Assembly: GCA_024679065.1 (NCBI GenBank)
Contig: JAGIQG010000024.1
Span: forward strand, 22,506,001-22,570,000
From: Sphyrna mokarran
Taxonomy: Eukaryota
Length of the DNA: 64,000 nt
Direction of reading: 5' to 3'
Part shown: in pieces, positions 13,146-25,935 of the stretch
Position numbering within the stretch: position 1 is the first letter of the stretch
Layout: every line of letters starts with the position of its first letter
Notes under the pieces: generated by a model
The model's input: the letters and a program-made list of their open reading frames with translations, nothing else
Database searches by the model: none
Told to the model about the DNA's origin: nothing
Translations under genes and position numbers: made by a program

Positions 13146-14239
13146 TTACAGTCAATTCCAAAGCTGATTCAAGCAGAATTCTAAACAGAGTATTCTATTG
13201 TACCATCCAATTCCCTTTCCCTTTGATCCAAGCAAAACAATTTGATACAAAATTGGAGTGAAAATGTTCCCCTTGCTCTAAGGGTCAGAACACAGAAAAT
13301 AAACACCTGAAACACTTGAAGATGCTAACATGTCAATTGCTTTAAATCTGCCCTTTTTTGTACTAAATGTTCTCTTCTTTTTGTTTTGGCTAATTCGTAG
13401 AATGGATAATTAAGTGACTGTCATTCAAGTATTTGATAATTGCCTGTTTTTTAGCTGAAGATTATATATGTTGCAACCCCAGCATAACATTTATTCACAA
13501 AGTAGTTATGCTTTTATCAGGATTTAACTGTAATGCAAATTGATTTCTTTGAATTTGTGAAATATTAATTAGAATTAGTAATGAATGAGACTTAAACCCC
13601 CTCTCCCGGTCCTTCCTCCATTCATGCATTAGTAAGAGTAGGCTCCATTAAAGGGCTCAACCTTTGCCCACTCTGTTGAGGATTATAAGATCTCTATTGA
13701 TCAGAAATGGAATAGTTGGATCAGTCAAAAGGTCAGCAATGATTTTGAATATTAGTGTAGCAAGCAGCTATCGTAAGAGAGAAGCTCGTTTCTCAGAAGG
13801 CAGAATCAACATTTTGAAGGGTTGATTTTGAATGTGACTTAGCAATGAAACGGTTAAGCCACATCAGTCCTAGTTCTGAGGATAATCTGCTTTGGTTAAC
13901 ACTGTCCCCTCTGCATGGGAAATAGTGGGTGGTTGAATCATGCTGATTCAACAGAAGGTGTAAGAAATGTATACGTCAAACATAAGTGGGCTAAACATAG
14001 TAAACGAATGTTGGTGATGTTTACTCGTCATCCCCTGTCCGAATGAAGTCCTGATATCCTGTCTAACACTTAGTTCAGTTTGGACATTTCCACAACCTCA
14101 TTTCCATCACTACAATTGTGCATTTCTTCTACAGTAGCAGTGTCCACCATTCATTCTCCTGCTGCCAGTTCTTAGAAAATCCTTCAAGTCTCGACATATT
14201 CAACATTCTCCTTGCTGGCCTCCAACTTGTCTAGAATCT

Positions 14240-14885
14240 CAAATAAAAATCGAAAATGCTGGAGAAACTCAGCAGGTCTGGCAGCATCTATGGAGAGAGA
14301 AACAGATGCCCGAATTCTTTGGCTATTCACAACCTGCCACTGCTGCAAGCAAGGATGGAGAAGTTCTTGCTCAGCCAAATCTCCATTCACTGCAGTGGGA
14401 CCAGAGAATCATAGAATTCCTACAGTGCAGAAAGAGGCCATTTGGCCCATCAAACCTGCACCAACAATCCTGGTATGAAGTCTCACAACACCAGGTTTAA
14501 CCTGATGTTGTGAGACTTCTTACTGTATTTACCCCAGTCCAATGCTGGCATCTTCATATCATGGCCAATAATCCCACCAAAGCCCTTATCCCCAAAACCC
14601 CACGTGTTTACCCTGCTAGTCTGCTCTGACACTAAGAGGCAATTTAGCATGGCCAATCAACTTAACCCACACATCTTTGGATTGTGGGAGGAAATCAGAG
14701 CAGCCAGAGGAAACCCATGCAAACATGGGGAAACAGTGATCTGAAGCTGTAATTGAACCTGAGTCCCTGACGCTGTGAGGCAGCAATGCTAACAACTGTG
14801 CCACTGTGCCATCTGTTAGCATAAACAGCCAGAGAATTCTGGTCAGAGTTAACATTGAGAGCCTATATAACTCTTCTTCAGAGCT
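14240..14885. mobile_element. Four-layer nest: Penelope-like fragment > MITE (14307-14844) > HE1 SINE (14405-14810, -) > palindromic insert (14471-14564)
   Basis: AGA TSD at 14304-06 and 14845-47; ccaacaatcc/ccaataatcc TSD at 14461-70 and 14565-74. Confidence 0.75.
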
Positions 14886-15924
14886 CTAAGACCCCACTCT
14901 GCATATGCTATCCCGTACCAAGTCCTGTTCTCATTTGTCTTTCCTAGTGTGTTGAGTTTAGCATCCTTGCACTTGTCTTTAAATGTCTCCATTGTCTTGC
15001 CCCATGCACTATCCACAATTTTTCCCAACTCTTTGTTGCTTTGACTCTAGCCTGTTGTGCAATGTCACCAACATCTTACACCTATCAGCTCAACCTTTCT
15101 CCTGTCACCTCCCCATTAATGACAGTCTCTTCAGTTGTCTAAGTTCTACTTGCCATAATTCTCTCCCTCAAGCTTTCTACAACCGTGCCTCCCCCTCCCC
15201 CTTTATTACCTTCCCTGCCAAACCCCTTCAGGGATCCCAAGCACCCCACACATTCCCTCTTCCAGCCTTTTTGGAATGCGAACCTGTGCCCTTGGCATCA
15301 TTCTGTGCCGTACACTAGCTGGTTGAGTTAACTGATCCTCACGTAACATTGGAATATTCAAGTCGAAAATTTTAGGAAATAATTATCGTGGGTGAGGGGG
15401 ATGGGGTTGGCAGTGGATAGGGGGGGGTTTCTTGTAAACTCTTCTACTGCAAATCCTGAAGCAGATGAGAAGCCAAAAAAAAGGATTCAGATTGAGATGA
15501 ATTCATTTGATCCAATGTATGCAGCAAGGTGCAGTGATGGAGTCAAGTATTAATAAGGAGCTGGGATTGTTGCTGATTAGTGGAATACATTTATTATTTT
15601 GAAATGAGAGGAGGAAGATAACTGGAATGCTCAAAAATGAAAAATTCATGAGGAAGTCATGTTCAGTCTTACTGATGAAAATTAAAATTACAGAAGGGAT
15701 GATCATTCCTTTTGCCACACTTGTACTTTCACACGTTTCAAGATTAGACAAAGAGTTTTTTTTGGAAAATTGGAGTGTATTATCATTGAGCAATAGTACT
15801 GAGCAGTTGAATTATAGCAATCCTAGAAATGAGAGAGATATTTTTTAAACCCTGTCTGGCCATGGGTGCTAATAATGCAAAATAAAACACAAGACAGCGG
15901 TTTTTGATATTACTCAAAATTTAA

Positions 15925-16225
15925 GGTTTTAGTTTTATTTATTAGTGTCACAAATAGGCTTATATTAACACTGAAATGAAGTTACTGTAAATATCCCTTA
16001 GTTGCCACATTCCAGCACCTATTTGGATCCACTGAGGGAGGATTTAGCAAGCCCAATGCATCTATCCAGCATGTCTTTCCAAATGTGGGTGGAAACTGGA
16101 GCACTTGGAGGAAACCCACACAGACACGGGAAGAACATGCAGGCTCTGCACAGACAATGATCCAAGCTGGGGATCAAACATAAATCCCTGGCGCTGTGAG
16201 GCAGCAGTGCTAACCACAGTGCCAA
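15925..16225 (-). mobile_element. V-SINE with alternative 3' tail
   Basis: HE1 head and core, with the tail tttatttattagtgtcacaaataggcttatattaacactgaaatgaagttactg. Confidence 0.8.
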
Positions 16226-16919
16226 ATGAGAGCATTTAATTTTGATAACTGTAGAAGACATACAAAGGGACAATAAAGTTACGGCCAACTGAGTACAGAA
16301 GCGGGATGAAAGAGATGTCTTAGAAAACAGGGCTGTTTTGGTACATCTGGCTCTTTCCCAATCAAGGGGTTTAAGTTGTTATTTCCATTTGACTTCAACA
16401 GGACAAGATGTAAAATGAGCTTCTGTCTCACAGTCATGCATTTGACACTATCGCACAAACTCATGACCTGTCCCACAATGGTTTGTTTATATTACATGGT
16501 AGTGGGGGCAGGGAAAAATGAAAATAATTTTCTAAATGATTCAAACTTTCACTGGTGTTCAGGACACTATAAGTGAGCATGGAGAAGCAAATGCTTGCAT
16601 TAATGCCATCTCCTGCATGGTATTCCTGACATTTAACAGAAGTGGTGAAGGTGGGTTAGAAGCTAGAAGATTAGCTGGGAAAATATATTTATCATTTGTG
16701 TAAAATCTACTGCTGTCATTCCCTACCCAAATTATACTCTGTTTCCCTCCCATTGCCCTTTCTGTTTCAGAGCAGGGCACTTTCTAATACAGAAACTTGG
16801 ACATAAAAGGGAGTATGAATTAGCAATTGATTGATTATTTGCTTATTAACTTATTTGGTTTGAGGTTGTGAATAAAGCTTTAAAATAATACATGAGACCA
16901 TTTCACCAATTGTAACATT

Positions 16920-17728
16920 GAGCTGGATTTCACAGCCCACTGCTGGGGAGGTGAGTGTTGCGGGGGGTGGGGGGGAGGTGTTTTTGGCAGGAGTGGGAGC
17001 ATATTAAAAGTGTTGGGTAGCTCGCCTCCCATCTTCCAGTCCAGTCCCACGCTGACCTTTCTAATACATTATGTGGGTAGGTGCTGAAATTGGCAGCCCA
17101 CCCACCCCATTTAAAGAAATTACTAAAACTCAATTAGGTTTGTTAGCAAGCCTATTGACTGGAATAAGATGCATCCCGTGCGTGGGTGAGGGTGGGCAAG
17201 TTGTTTTTTGTGGTCTAGATTAATAAAGGGCAGGAAGGAAGGGAGGGTAACTCATTGGGGGGAATGCCCTGTGTGCATTGCAGCAATCTTCCCAAGATGT
17301 CATCCAAGTGCAACTCCCCCCAACTTCCGTCCTCTCCGGCTACCCTCCAAAACATGGCCCGCCCCCGCTCCCATTCCTTAATCTTGTACACCCACCCACA
17401 CCCTAAAGACTCAGTTTTCTCTTTTTGCAGCAGCCTTTGCTTGCCTTCGAACTTCCTCCTGCAATCCTGGCAGTGCCCACTACAGATCTTCAGCCAATCT
17501 GATTAGTCAGCAGCTCTTGAGGGCACAGCTTCTTCCCATGGGGGGAAACAGAAGGCCCACTCACAGCTAATTTAGCCCACTCCAGCATGTTCTGGCTGTA
17601 TGGTGGTGGGCTTCTTTTTGGTGTGTGGGCAGTTGTCTGATTTTCCTTCCAGGAATAGTGAGCTGTGCGCATCACACACACATCCCTCCCTCCCCTCTCC
17701 TCCACCCCATCACAATAATATACAGCCC
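16920..17728. mobile_element. Long non-autonomous DNA element related to the MITE family
   Basis: att|gagctggattt...aatatacagccc|att; GC-rich interior. Confidence 0.55.
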
Positions 17729-17804
17729 ATTGTTTTAAATAAGCAATGGCTTCCTGTTGCAGAATGTCAATGATAAATGTGGCACTTCAAATAAATAGGG
17801 TGTT

Positions 17805-18122
17805 TCTTCATTCATTCGTGGGAGAAGGACGTTGCTGGCTGGCCAGCATAGAGTCAACCACATTGCTGTGGCTCTGGGGTCACACGTAGGCCAGATAAGG
17901 TAAGAATGGCAGGTTTCCTTTCCTAAAGGACATTGGTGAACCAGATGGGTTTTTCTGACAATTGACAATAGTTTCACAGTCATCAATAAATTCTTAATTC
18001 CAGATATTTTTTATTGAACCCAAATTTCACTATTTGCTGGAGCGGAATTAGAACTTGGGTCCCAGAACATTAGCTGAGTTCCTGAATTAATTGTCAAGCA
18101 ATAATACCACTAGGCCATCACT
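17805..18122 (-). mobile_element. Family B tRNA-SINE
   Basis: Colinear with 3787-4142. Confidence 0.8.
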
Positions 18123-18504
18123 TTTCAATTTGGGGTTCTGGGTAAATGCAGCAACATGCATGTTTGCTGTAGTCTGGAGCTATGGACAGTGACTGTAGAG
18201 TCTCCAACTTTCCTTCCATCGCATGGCTGATCAGCAATCTCTTGCACTCCTACCATCTGCCACTGGCATGTGTTGGAAGGTCACATTATGAATGTGCCTT
18301 CCTTGGTCATCAAGTGTAGGAGTGGAACTCAAACCAGAGCTCCTGACTTAGAGGCAGCGACAATACAGTGTCACAAGACCTGCTCATATTAATACAAGTA
18401 TATTTGTAAACTATCAATTCATCTGTGTCTATTTAATACCTTTTGATGCAATATTGAATGAAAAATTTCTAATCTGAATGAGATTGTTAATTTGTAGCAA
18501 ATAT

Positions 18505-18762
18505 ATTAAAACAGAGATGAGGAGGATTTCTTCAGCAAAAGAGTGTTGAATCTGTGGAACTCTTTGACGCAGAAGATTATGGAGGCCAGGTCGTTGGGTG
18601 TCTTTAAGACAGAGATAGATATGTTCTTGATTGATAAGGTGATCAGGGGTTATAGGGAAAAACAAGAGAATGGTGATGAGAAAAATATCAGCCATGATTG
18701 AATGGTGGAGAAGACTCAATGGGCTGAGTGGTCTAATTCTGCTCCTATGACTTATGGTCTTT
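18505..18762 (+). mobile_element. CR1-like LINE 3' end
   Basis: gagatgaggaggatttcttcagcaaaagagtg...gggctgagtggtctaattctgctcctatg. Confidence 0.8.
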
Positions 18763-19187
18763 ATTATAAATGGATATTGGATATTGTAAAAGTGTGTTAT
18801 AATAAACATCTTCCCATTTGAATGTTACATACTGATATTTTTAGTGGATATGAGCTTGCCTGCAAGACATCACCTTTAACACGTGTTTAGTCCGACCACA
18901 AGGGAGATGTGTGACTAGTTGCTTCCAGTCCTGCATCCATGCTGTACTGTATTTCCATATTTGTATAAGCAAAGAAGATTGAATACATGAGTTTGATTAC
19001 CTTCTTGTGGCCAAGATGCCACAGATATACTTGCAATACAAGATCCAGTTGGGAAGGTGATGAGGCTGAATACTACATCTTGTCAATAAATTGACCCCAG
19101 TTTCAAGTATTAAATCCTCTCCTATCTTAAAGGCTAATTGTTGCATGCAAGAAAATGGTTGACATTGTTCTCTGTGGGAGATATATG

Positions 19188-19323
19188 GGCCAGAATTTTC
19201 CAGCTGTTCTTGCCGGTGGGATACTCTGGTCCCGGTGTCGTGGACGGAGATTTGGCTGAGCACTTAATTCTCTATCCTCGCTCACAGCGGTGGTAGAGGG
19301 TGAATGGCTGGAAAATTCCACTC
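19188..19323. mobile_element. MITE with ATG TSD
   Basis: atg|ggccagaattttccagc...gctggaaaattccactc|atg. Confidence 0.75.
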
Positions 19324-19689
19324 ATGATCTGCATTTTCTTACAAACAACCTCCTCCCATCATGAGGGAATCTTCCTCCATGCAAGCTCTTGCTGTTGGGA
19401 AGGAAGACGAGTTGATGGCCTTCTGCCCAGTTTTCTTTGGCTATTGAGATTGAGTATATTCTTCTTCACAAAGTTTCTGTCTGTTAAGAACTTTGTTGAG
19501 TTGGTGAGAACCTTCAAAGACTAGCCATAGACCATAATTGTTTGATGTATATTTCATATTTAGAATACGAAATACACACATCCTTCAACCTTCAAAGATA
19601 ACACTTGAAAGTGTCAGAATTCCACACAACCCTCTGTTGAGATAACGAGTGAGACATTCATTGCTTGTGCTGACCTGTAATTTGCTTTT

Positions 19690-19985
19690 TTAAAATTCTT
19701 TCAGTGGGCTTCACTGGTTGGATCATCATTTTTATTGCACAGCCCTAATTGCTCTTGAGAAGGTGGTGGTGAGCCACTTTCTTGAACTACTTCAGTCCAT
19801 GTGCAATAGGTACAGCTACAGTGCAGTTAGGGATGAGGAAGATCCAGGATGGAATGGATACTTCTAAGTCAGGATGCTGAGCAGCCTGGAAGGAAACTTT
19901 GCAAATGGTGGTGTTTCTGTGCATCTGCTGCCCTTGTTCTTCGTGGTGGCAGAGGTTGCATGTTTGGAAAGAGCTGTCAAAAGAA
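19690..19985 (-). mobile_element. LINE 3' end, same family as 55625-55947
   Basis: cttgagaaggtggtggtgagc...ttcttgaac is the reverse complement of the FKKAAHHHLLKG-coding segment. Confidence 0.7.
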
Positions 19986-20357
19986 CCTTATCAGTCTAAT
20001 GGCACAGGCATATGGAAACTGAAAAGGCAATCAAAGATAAGAATTCAGTAGGCCAGGAGATCTGAACTCTTAACTCAAGAACGTGAAAATGTTATCTTAG
20101 TTTTTGTTAAAATGTCAGAAAATTAGAAACTTGACACTATCAAGTAGATAATACTGTGTAATAATAAAACAAAAAAGAAGTTTCAATTAACTATGGCTGC
20201 AAAAATAGTGAGAATCTCACTTTGAACCCAGGTTGAATGAGAGACTATCATTGAGAAAGGGAATAAGGCAGAGATGTGAAAATATTTACCCTTGCAATTA
20301 GGATCCACCGGATTGTAAAAAATGTCTGTGTATGTGTGCATGCAGCAATTTTATAAC

Positions 20358-20750
20358 TTAATGGTAATGTCTCTGGACTGGTCATCCAAAGGATAAAGCC
20401 AATGCTCTGGGGACATGAGTTCAAATCCCAATATGGCAGCTGGTGGAATTTAAATTCAATTCAATTCATAAATTCTGGAATTGAAAGCCAGTGTCAGTAA
20501 CAGTGACCAAGAAGCTATCATCAACTGTTGTAAAAGCCTATCTGGTTCACTAATGTCTTTTAGGGAAAGAAATCTGCTATCTTTACTCGGTCTGGCCTAC
20601 CTGTCAAACCGGTCCCACAGCAATGAGGTTGGCTCTTAAATTGCCTTCTGAAATGGCCAAGCAAGCCATACAGTTGCAAGAGCAATTAGCAATGAGCAAC
20701 AAACGCTTTCCTTCCGGTAACGTCCACATCCCATGAAAGAAAAATAAAAA
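20358..20750 (+). mobile_element. Family B tRNA-SINE
   Basis: gagttcaaatccc B-box; tctggttcactaatgtc core; tail. Confidence 0.8.
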
Positions 20751-21769
20751 GTAAACAATCTGATCAAGCTTGTAGACTTGCTGATGATATCAAAATATAG
20801 CTGATATAGGAAGAAAAATGTGTGCTTCAATTTGTTGTCAACTGGACTATTGCCTCATCTTCTCTGCGCCTTGGAGAATAGGAAGCTGAGCAGTAGGTTG
20901 GAGAATTGAGTAAAGATGAACAATTAAGGGGAAAAGTGGCCAGTAGAAGACAAGTGAAGTCAAAGTTTCACGTCAATAAGATCATGAAGGAAATTCATGA
21001 TAAACAGCATGCATATGATTATCTACATTATATTATTTGAGTCCAATATTACATTATGTTCTTTAATTTTCTGTTGAAAGGTCATGCATTTTTATTCTTT
21101 AATACAAACTTACTCTTAGCTTCCATTCACAAGTTTTCCTCTCCTCTCCTAAAGATGTGGCTCATTATTAAGTATAATTGATTGGGAATCAGTGGTCTCC
21201 TGTTTTTAATCTGAGCAACTACTCTGCCTCAGCCTAGAATATTAGCTTTATGAATATTATTTGACAGAAGTGGGAATCACAGTTAAACCTAATCCTATTC
21301 ACATCCTACCATCCAGTCTTGCCATGTCTATGAGAAGGTGATCAGAAGTTGACTCCCTGTCCCACGTACACAAAACATTGACAAAAACAACTTACAAACA
21401 AGGCTCTCCAGCATTCATAAACTAAACCTTGGGGTGGAGCAATATTTCAGCACAATGAGAATTGAACCTGGGGATGAAATGACCTTTGTAGTTCATTGAT
21501 ACTCACCACCCAGCACATTGATCCCTGAGACAAGCAGTGTTTTAACAGAATGCACATTTTGAACTTTATCTTGTGGAATCTTCACACATCTTTTAAAAAA
21601 AAACTTGCATTTGTATAGTGCTTTCCATGACCACCAGACAATCTCAAAGCATTTTACAGCCAACGTAGGTTTTTGGAAATGTAGTTGCTGTTGTGATTTT
21701 TTACAATTACCTCATTTCCTTGGCCAGTGGAATCAATTAATTCATGTTGCAGATACACCAAGATGAGCC

Positions 21770-22075
21770 AGGTGAATTATTGTTTCTCTTCCTGCACCTA
21801 GTCATGCACTAAGGCAGGCTTTCACCTATTCCCATAGCAACTTTTTCTGGAACAGGTTGCTAGCATGTTGCCACTTTGAATCAAACATGGCTGACCATGG
21901 GTTTCACTTACCACCAGTCGTTGGCATGCTAGAAGGATTTGCAGGTTGCCATACACACCCTATTAGATCGTGTTATGGATGCACCTTCCTTAGCCATCAT
22001 ATCCTGGGGTGCGACTCGAACCTGAAGCTTCTGGTTCAGAGGCAGGGGAAGCTACCCACTCTGCCACAAGACATC
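21770..22075 (-). mobile_element. Third tRNA-derived SINE family (related remnants near 18150-18380 and 11500-11660)
   Basis: Minus-strand head gtcttgtggcagagtgggtagc...ggttcgagtcgc with A and B boxes. Confidence 0.55.
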
Positions 22076-22944
22076 AGTCAGACGAGTGGTACCAATCATG
22101 TGAATGACAGAAGTCTGCAACAGGATCATAGCAATGAAATAGAATTTTAAATAGCATACTGAATCCTGGCACCATCCATCTTAAGCATACTTTCAACCAA
22201 ATCCAAGTTTATTTCTGACTCAGCCCAAGCCATTCCTGTAAGATGGAATTCAAATTATAAACATCTCTTTCTCAGCCAAAGCCCACCTCACACAATGGGA
22301 ATGTCCTAAACTACCAGCCTTTGGAACCTGGGGGACGAGGGGGGTGAATGTTGGCGGGTAGAATAATGCAATTGGCAGATATTCAGACTACATTCAATTG
22401 GGAACAATATTTGTTCATTCTGGGGCATTTTTTTTGTAAAAATGATTTCAGAGGAAAATGATCGCTGCAGCATGTGGTTTGTGCCTTGAGGAGGAATGTT
22501 TTGAACAGCGTTCCATTGTAACCACAGTAAAAGAAAGATTGAGGTCTTACTGTGCAAAGGGCAGCCACTCAGCTCTTTTCTCATGGAAACTAATTGTATC
22601 TGAAAAAGGCATTAGGCAATCTTTAATGTTTCAGAAAACTCTTGTCGGTCTTTCCAGGACACATACATTTGGACTCACCAGGGCAAAGGATTTGGGTCGG
22701 CATGTGTCTGATTATGTGTTCACTGTTTCACTGATTGTTGCTAGTTGAAAGTAGAGATGTTGGAGATATGAGTCAGTGAGCCATAGCTCACACATAGCAG
22801 TAACATCGGAACTCGTAGCTCTTGAGTGACAGAGTGAGCAGCAACAAAGACCCGCACTGAGTTGTTTTTTCTCTAAACCCTAGTTTTTTGATGTGCATTT
22901 TATCCATGGTAAATCTATGCAAAACATTAGTTCTGCCCCAGTTA

Positions 22945-23765
22945 AAGTATTCTGTCTAATTCTGGCCACAACATTTTGAGAAGGAAGTGAAGGCTTTGGA
23001 GAGGATACAGAAGAGATTCACTGGAATGATTCCAGGGATAAGGAGTTACAGTTAGATAGATTGAGCATGCTGGTGGTGTTCACCTTAGAGCAGAAAGATT
23101 CAAGAAGAGATTTGATGGAGATGATTAAGATTATGAAGGGTTTTGGTTAAGGTAATAGACAGGTAAACGGTTTGTTAGTGGCTGAAGTGTTGATAAAATA
23201 TTTTTCACATCACTCCTTCGATCCATTGGAAGAGAGGAAGAGATTTAAGGTGATCGGCAATGAAACTAAGGGGTGATGTGAAAAATACTTCACACAGTAT
23301 TTGGAATGCATTGTCTCATCAGGGAATTGATACGGATTCAAAGTAACTTTAAAAATGAAATTGAACTAATACTTGAAAGAGAGGGAATTGCATGGATCTG
23401 GGGAAAGTGGGACTAACTAAATTGTTCTGAGCATCATAGAATCATAGAATCCCTACAATGCAGAAGGAGGCCATTTGGCCCATTGAGCCTGCACTGCCCG
23501 CAATTTCACCCAGATCATATTTCCATAATCCCACGTATTTATTCTGCTAATCCCCTGACACTAGGGTCAACTTAGCCTGGCCAATCAACCTAACCTACAC
23601 ATATTTGGACTATGGGAGGGAACCAGAGCAGACATGGGGAGAATGTGCAAATTCCACGCAGAAATCACCCAAGGTTGGAATTGAACACAGGTCCCTGGCA
23701 TTGTGAAGACAGAGAATAATGGGCATAATGGCCTCCTTCTTTACTGAATGATTTTATGATTCTCT
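22945..23765 (+). mobile_element. Decayed CR1-like LINE with an HE1 SINE (23432-23712, -) inserted near its 3' end
   Basis: ttctggccacaac...ttggagaggatacagaagagattcactggaatgattccaggg (LERIQKRFT motif); the LINE tail resumes at 23712. Confidence 0.7.
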
Positions 23766-24759
23766 GTCACATAAAACATGACATTTAGTGCACATCCCTC
23801 AACATTAGCACTCAACATAGTGCTTCAGATTGTCACATGTTAATTAGAAACAGAAAAATGGGGGGTGGGAGGAAATTATGTAAAGCACTTTTCTCTGACC
23901 CAATATCTGAAACTTCTGAGCAGTTATTATTGTCTTCTAATTAATTACAGAGCCTGGATTTCAACCCCCAAGTGGAAATGATGCGTGCAGGATTTTCTAA
24001 ATTTGGCAGCATATTACTAAGCATCTTCTCTCCAACTGCACATCACATATCAGTTTAACAGATGCATTTTGAGCAGCATGTATGCTGGGAGAGGCTAAAG
24101 TTAGGATCTGATGACAGCGTTGATTCAGACATCACTTAACGTATTATAACTCTGGGATGTGTGATTCACACATAGTGAAAATCATACCTGGAGAAGTTGC
24201 TGTGAATAGCTTATTGTGCCAGAAGAATTTTAATTTTACGTTAAGATTATGTTGTACTCTAGTCTGGAACATCTCCTCTGGACCCCACAAAGAAACCTTG
24301 GATTTCTCTTCCGCTGTTGGGAAGGGCATTCTTGGCTCTTCCCAGAAGTGCTATCAGCCCTGACACCAAGCCACTAATTTTATTGTGGGGACTCTGGCAG
24401 TGATGTTCTGCAATTTTCCTCTTTCACCCACCAACTACTTTTACTGGCATCTGAACGGAACTGGGACTGGGCTATAATGACAATACCTGGGAGTTAAACT
24501 GATTCTCATCAACAAATTGGAGTGGAAGTGGGCCACTTGCCACGTAGCTTCCATGCTGAAGTCTAACCTGGAGTTACAAATGGGGTTCATAAGGTAGAAC
24601 GAATGTCACAGGTCTTGTGGTGCTTTGGGAGGTATCTTTATCTGCTTTTCAGCCAGAAGCTCTGAGTTTAGGTTACACCCCAGGACTAGAGGGCCAAGGA
24701 AGGGGCATTCGCAATGTAGTCAATATGTTGATTATCAACCTGCTGACACGAAGGCTCAG

Positions 24760-25070
24760 AGGTTAATACCGTTCCATCACAGCATCAGGAACCAGGATTC
24801 AGTTCTGGCCACAGGTCACTGCCTGTGTGCAGTTTGTACATTCTATCAGTGAATGCATGGTTTTCCTCCAGGTACTCCAGTTACCTCCTATGCTCCAAAG
24901 ATGTGTGGGTTAGGTTGATTGGCCTTGCTAAATTGCCCCTTAGTGTCAGGGGGATTAGCAGGGTAAATACCTGGGGGTTACAGGGATAGGGCCTGAGTGG
25001 GATTGTCGTTGCTGCAGGCTCAATGGGTCAAATAGCTGATTTTGCACTGTAGAGATTCCATGGATTCTAT
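24760..25070 (+). mobile_element. HE1-like V-SINE
   Basis: Core and tail are recognisable. Confidence 0.8.
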
Positions 25071-25710
25071 GGAAAACATTCCAAATACCCCAACGGCAAG
25101 TGGTAAGAGTGAGAGAGACCCCTGGTCAGTCATGCTTGACGTGGAGTGGCCCCACTTAGGCCAAAAACCTCTGGTGACAGACTAGTGACTTGCCAGGGAA
25201 AACCTCGCAATAGGAATGATAAAAGTCTGCCTTATGTATCACTAGGTGTGGGAAGAGAAACAACAACAATAAACATTAAAATTATGATGCAGGTCCCCCT
25301 TACAGCCATGGGAAATCTGCCAGTCAATACATACAATATATGCAGAGTATATTCAATGTAATACGAGATTTAAGAACATAAGTACTCATGTGATATGACT
25401 GTACGCTCCAAAAATTGGATACATTGCAATAACATATTTATTATAATCACTCTCCTGTGAGTTGATTATCCATTCACATTGTGCTGTACCTGGCCCAGTA
25501 GGTTCAGAGAGCTATAATGTCATTGTTGCTACCAGGCATGAGCTGAAATCGATCTACTGATTAAGTAATTAAGCTGGAGTTATTTCCAGCCCTGTGACCA
25601 TAATGGCTCGACATTTTTAACAAAATGAAAAGATTTGGAACACTGAAGAAGTGAAGTATTTGTACAAAGAAACAAATAAAAATCCTCAATGTAAGGATCA
25701 CATCATTTTT

Positions 25711-25935
25711 TTGATTTGACTTATTATTGTCACATGTATTAACATACAGTCAAAAGGATTGTTTCTTGCACACTATTCAGACAAAGCATACTGTACATTG
25801 AGAAGGAAAGGAGAGAGTGCAGAATATAGTGTTACAGTCATAGCTAGGGTGTAGAGAATACTCAACTTATTATAAAGTAGATCCATTCAGAAGTCTGATG
25901 GCAGCAGGGAAGAAGCTGTTCTTGAGTTGGTTGAA
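25711..25935 (-). mobile_element. Rex1/Babar-like LINE 3' end
   Basis: (ttgat)n tail and 3' UTR match the family at 34267-34480; shorter copies at 28240-28345 and 33582-33712. Confidence 0.75.

Noticed and set aside
17746-17775. ATGGCTTCC as the P1 start (MAS...)
   Set aside because: It continues MASCCRMS, with no similarity to the RUNX P1 peptide.
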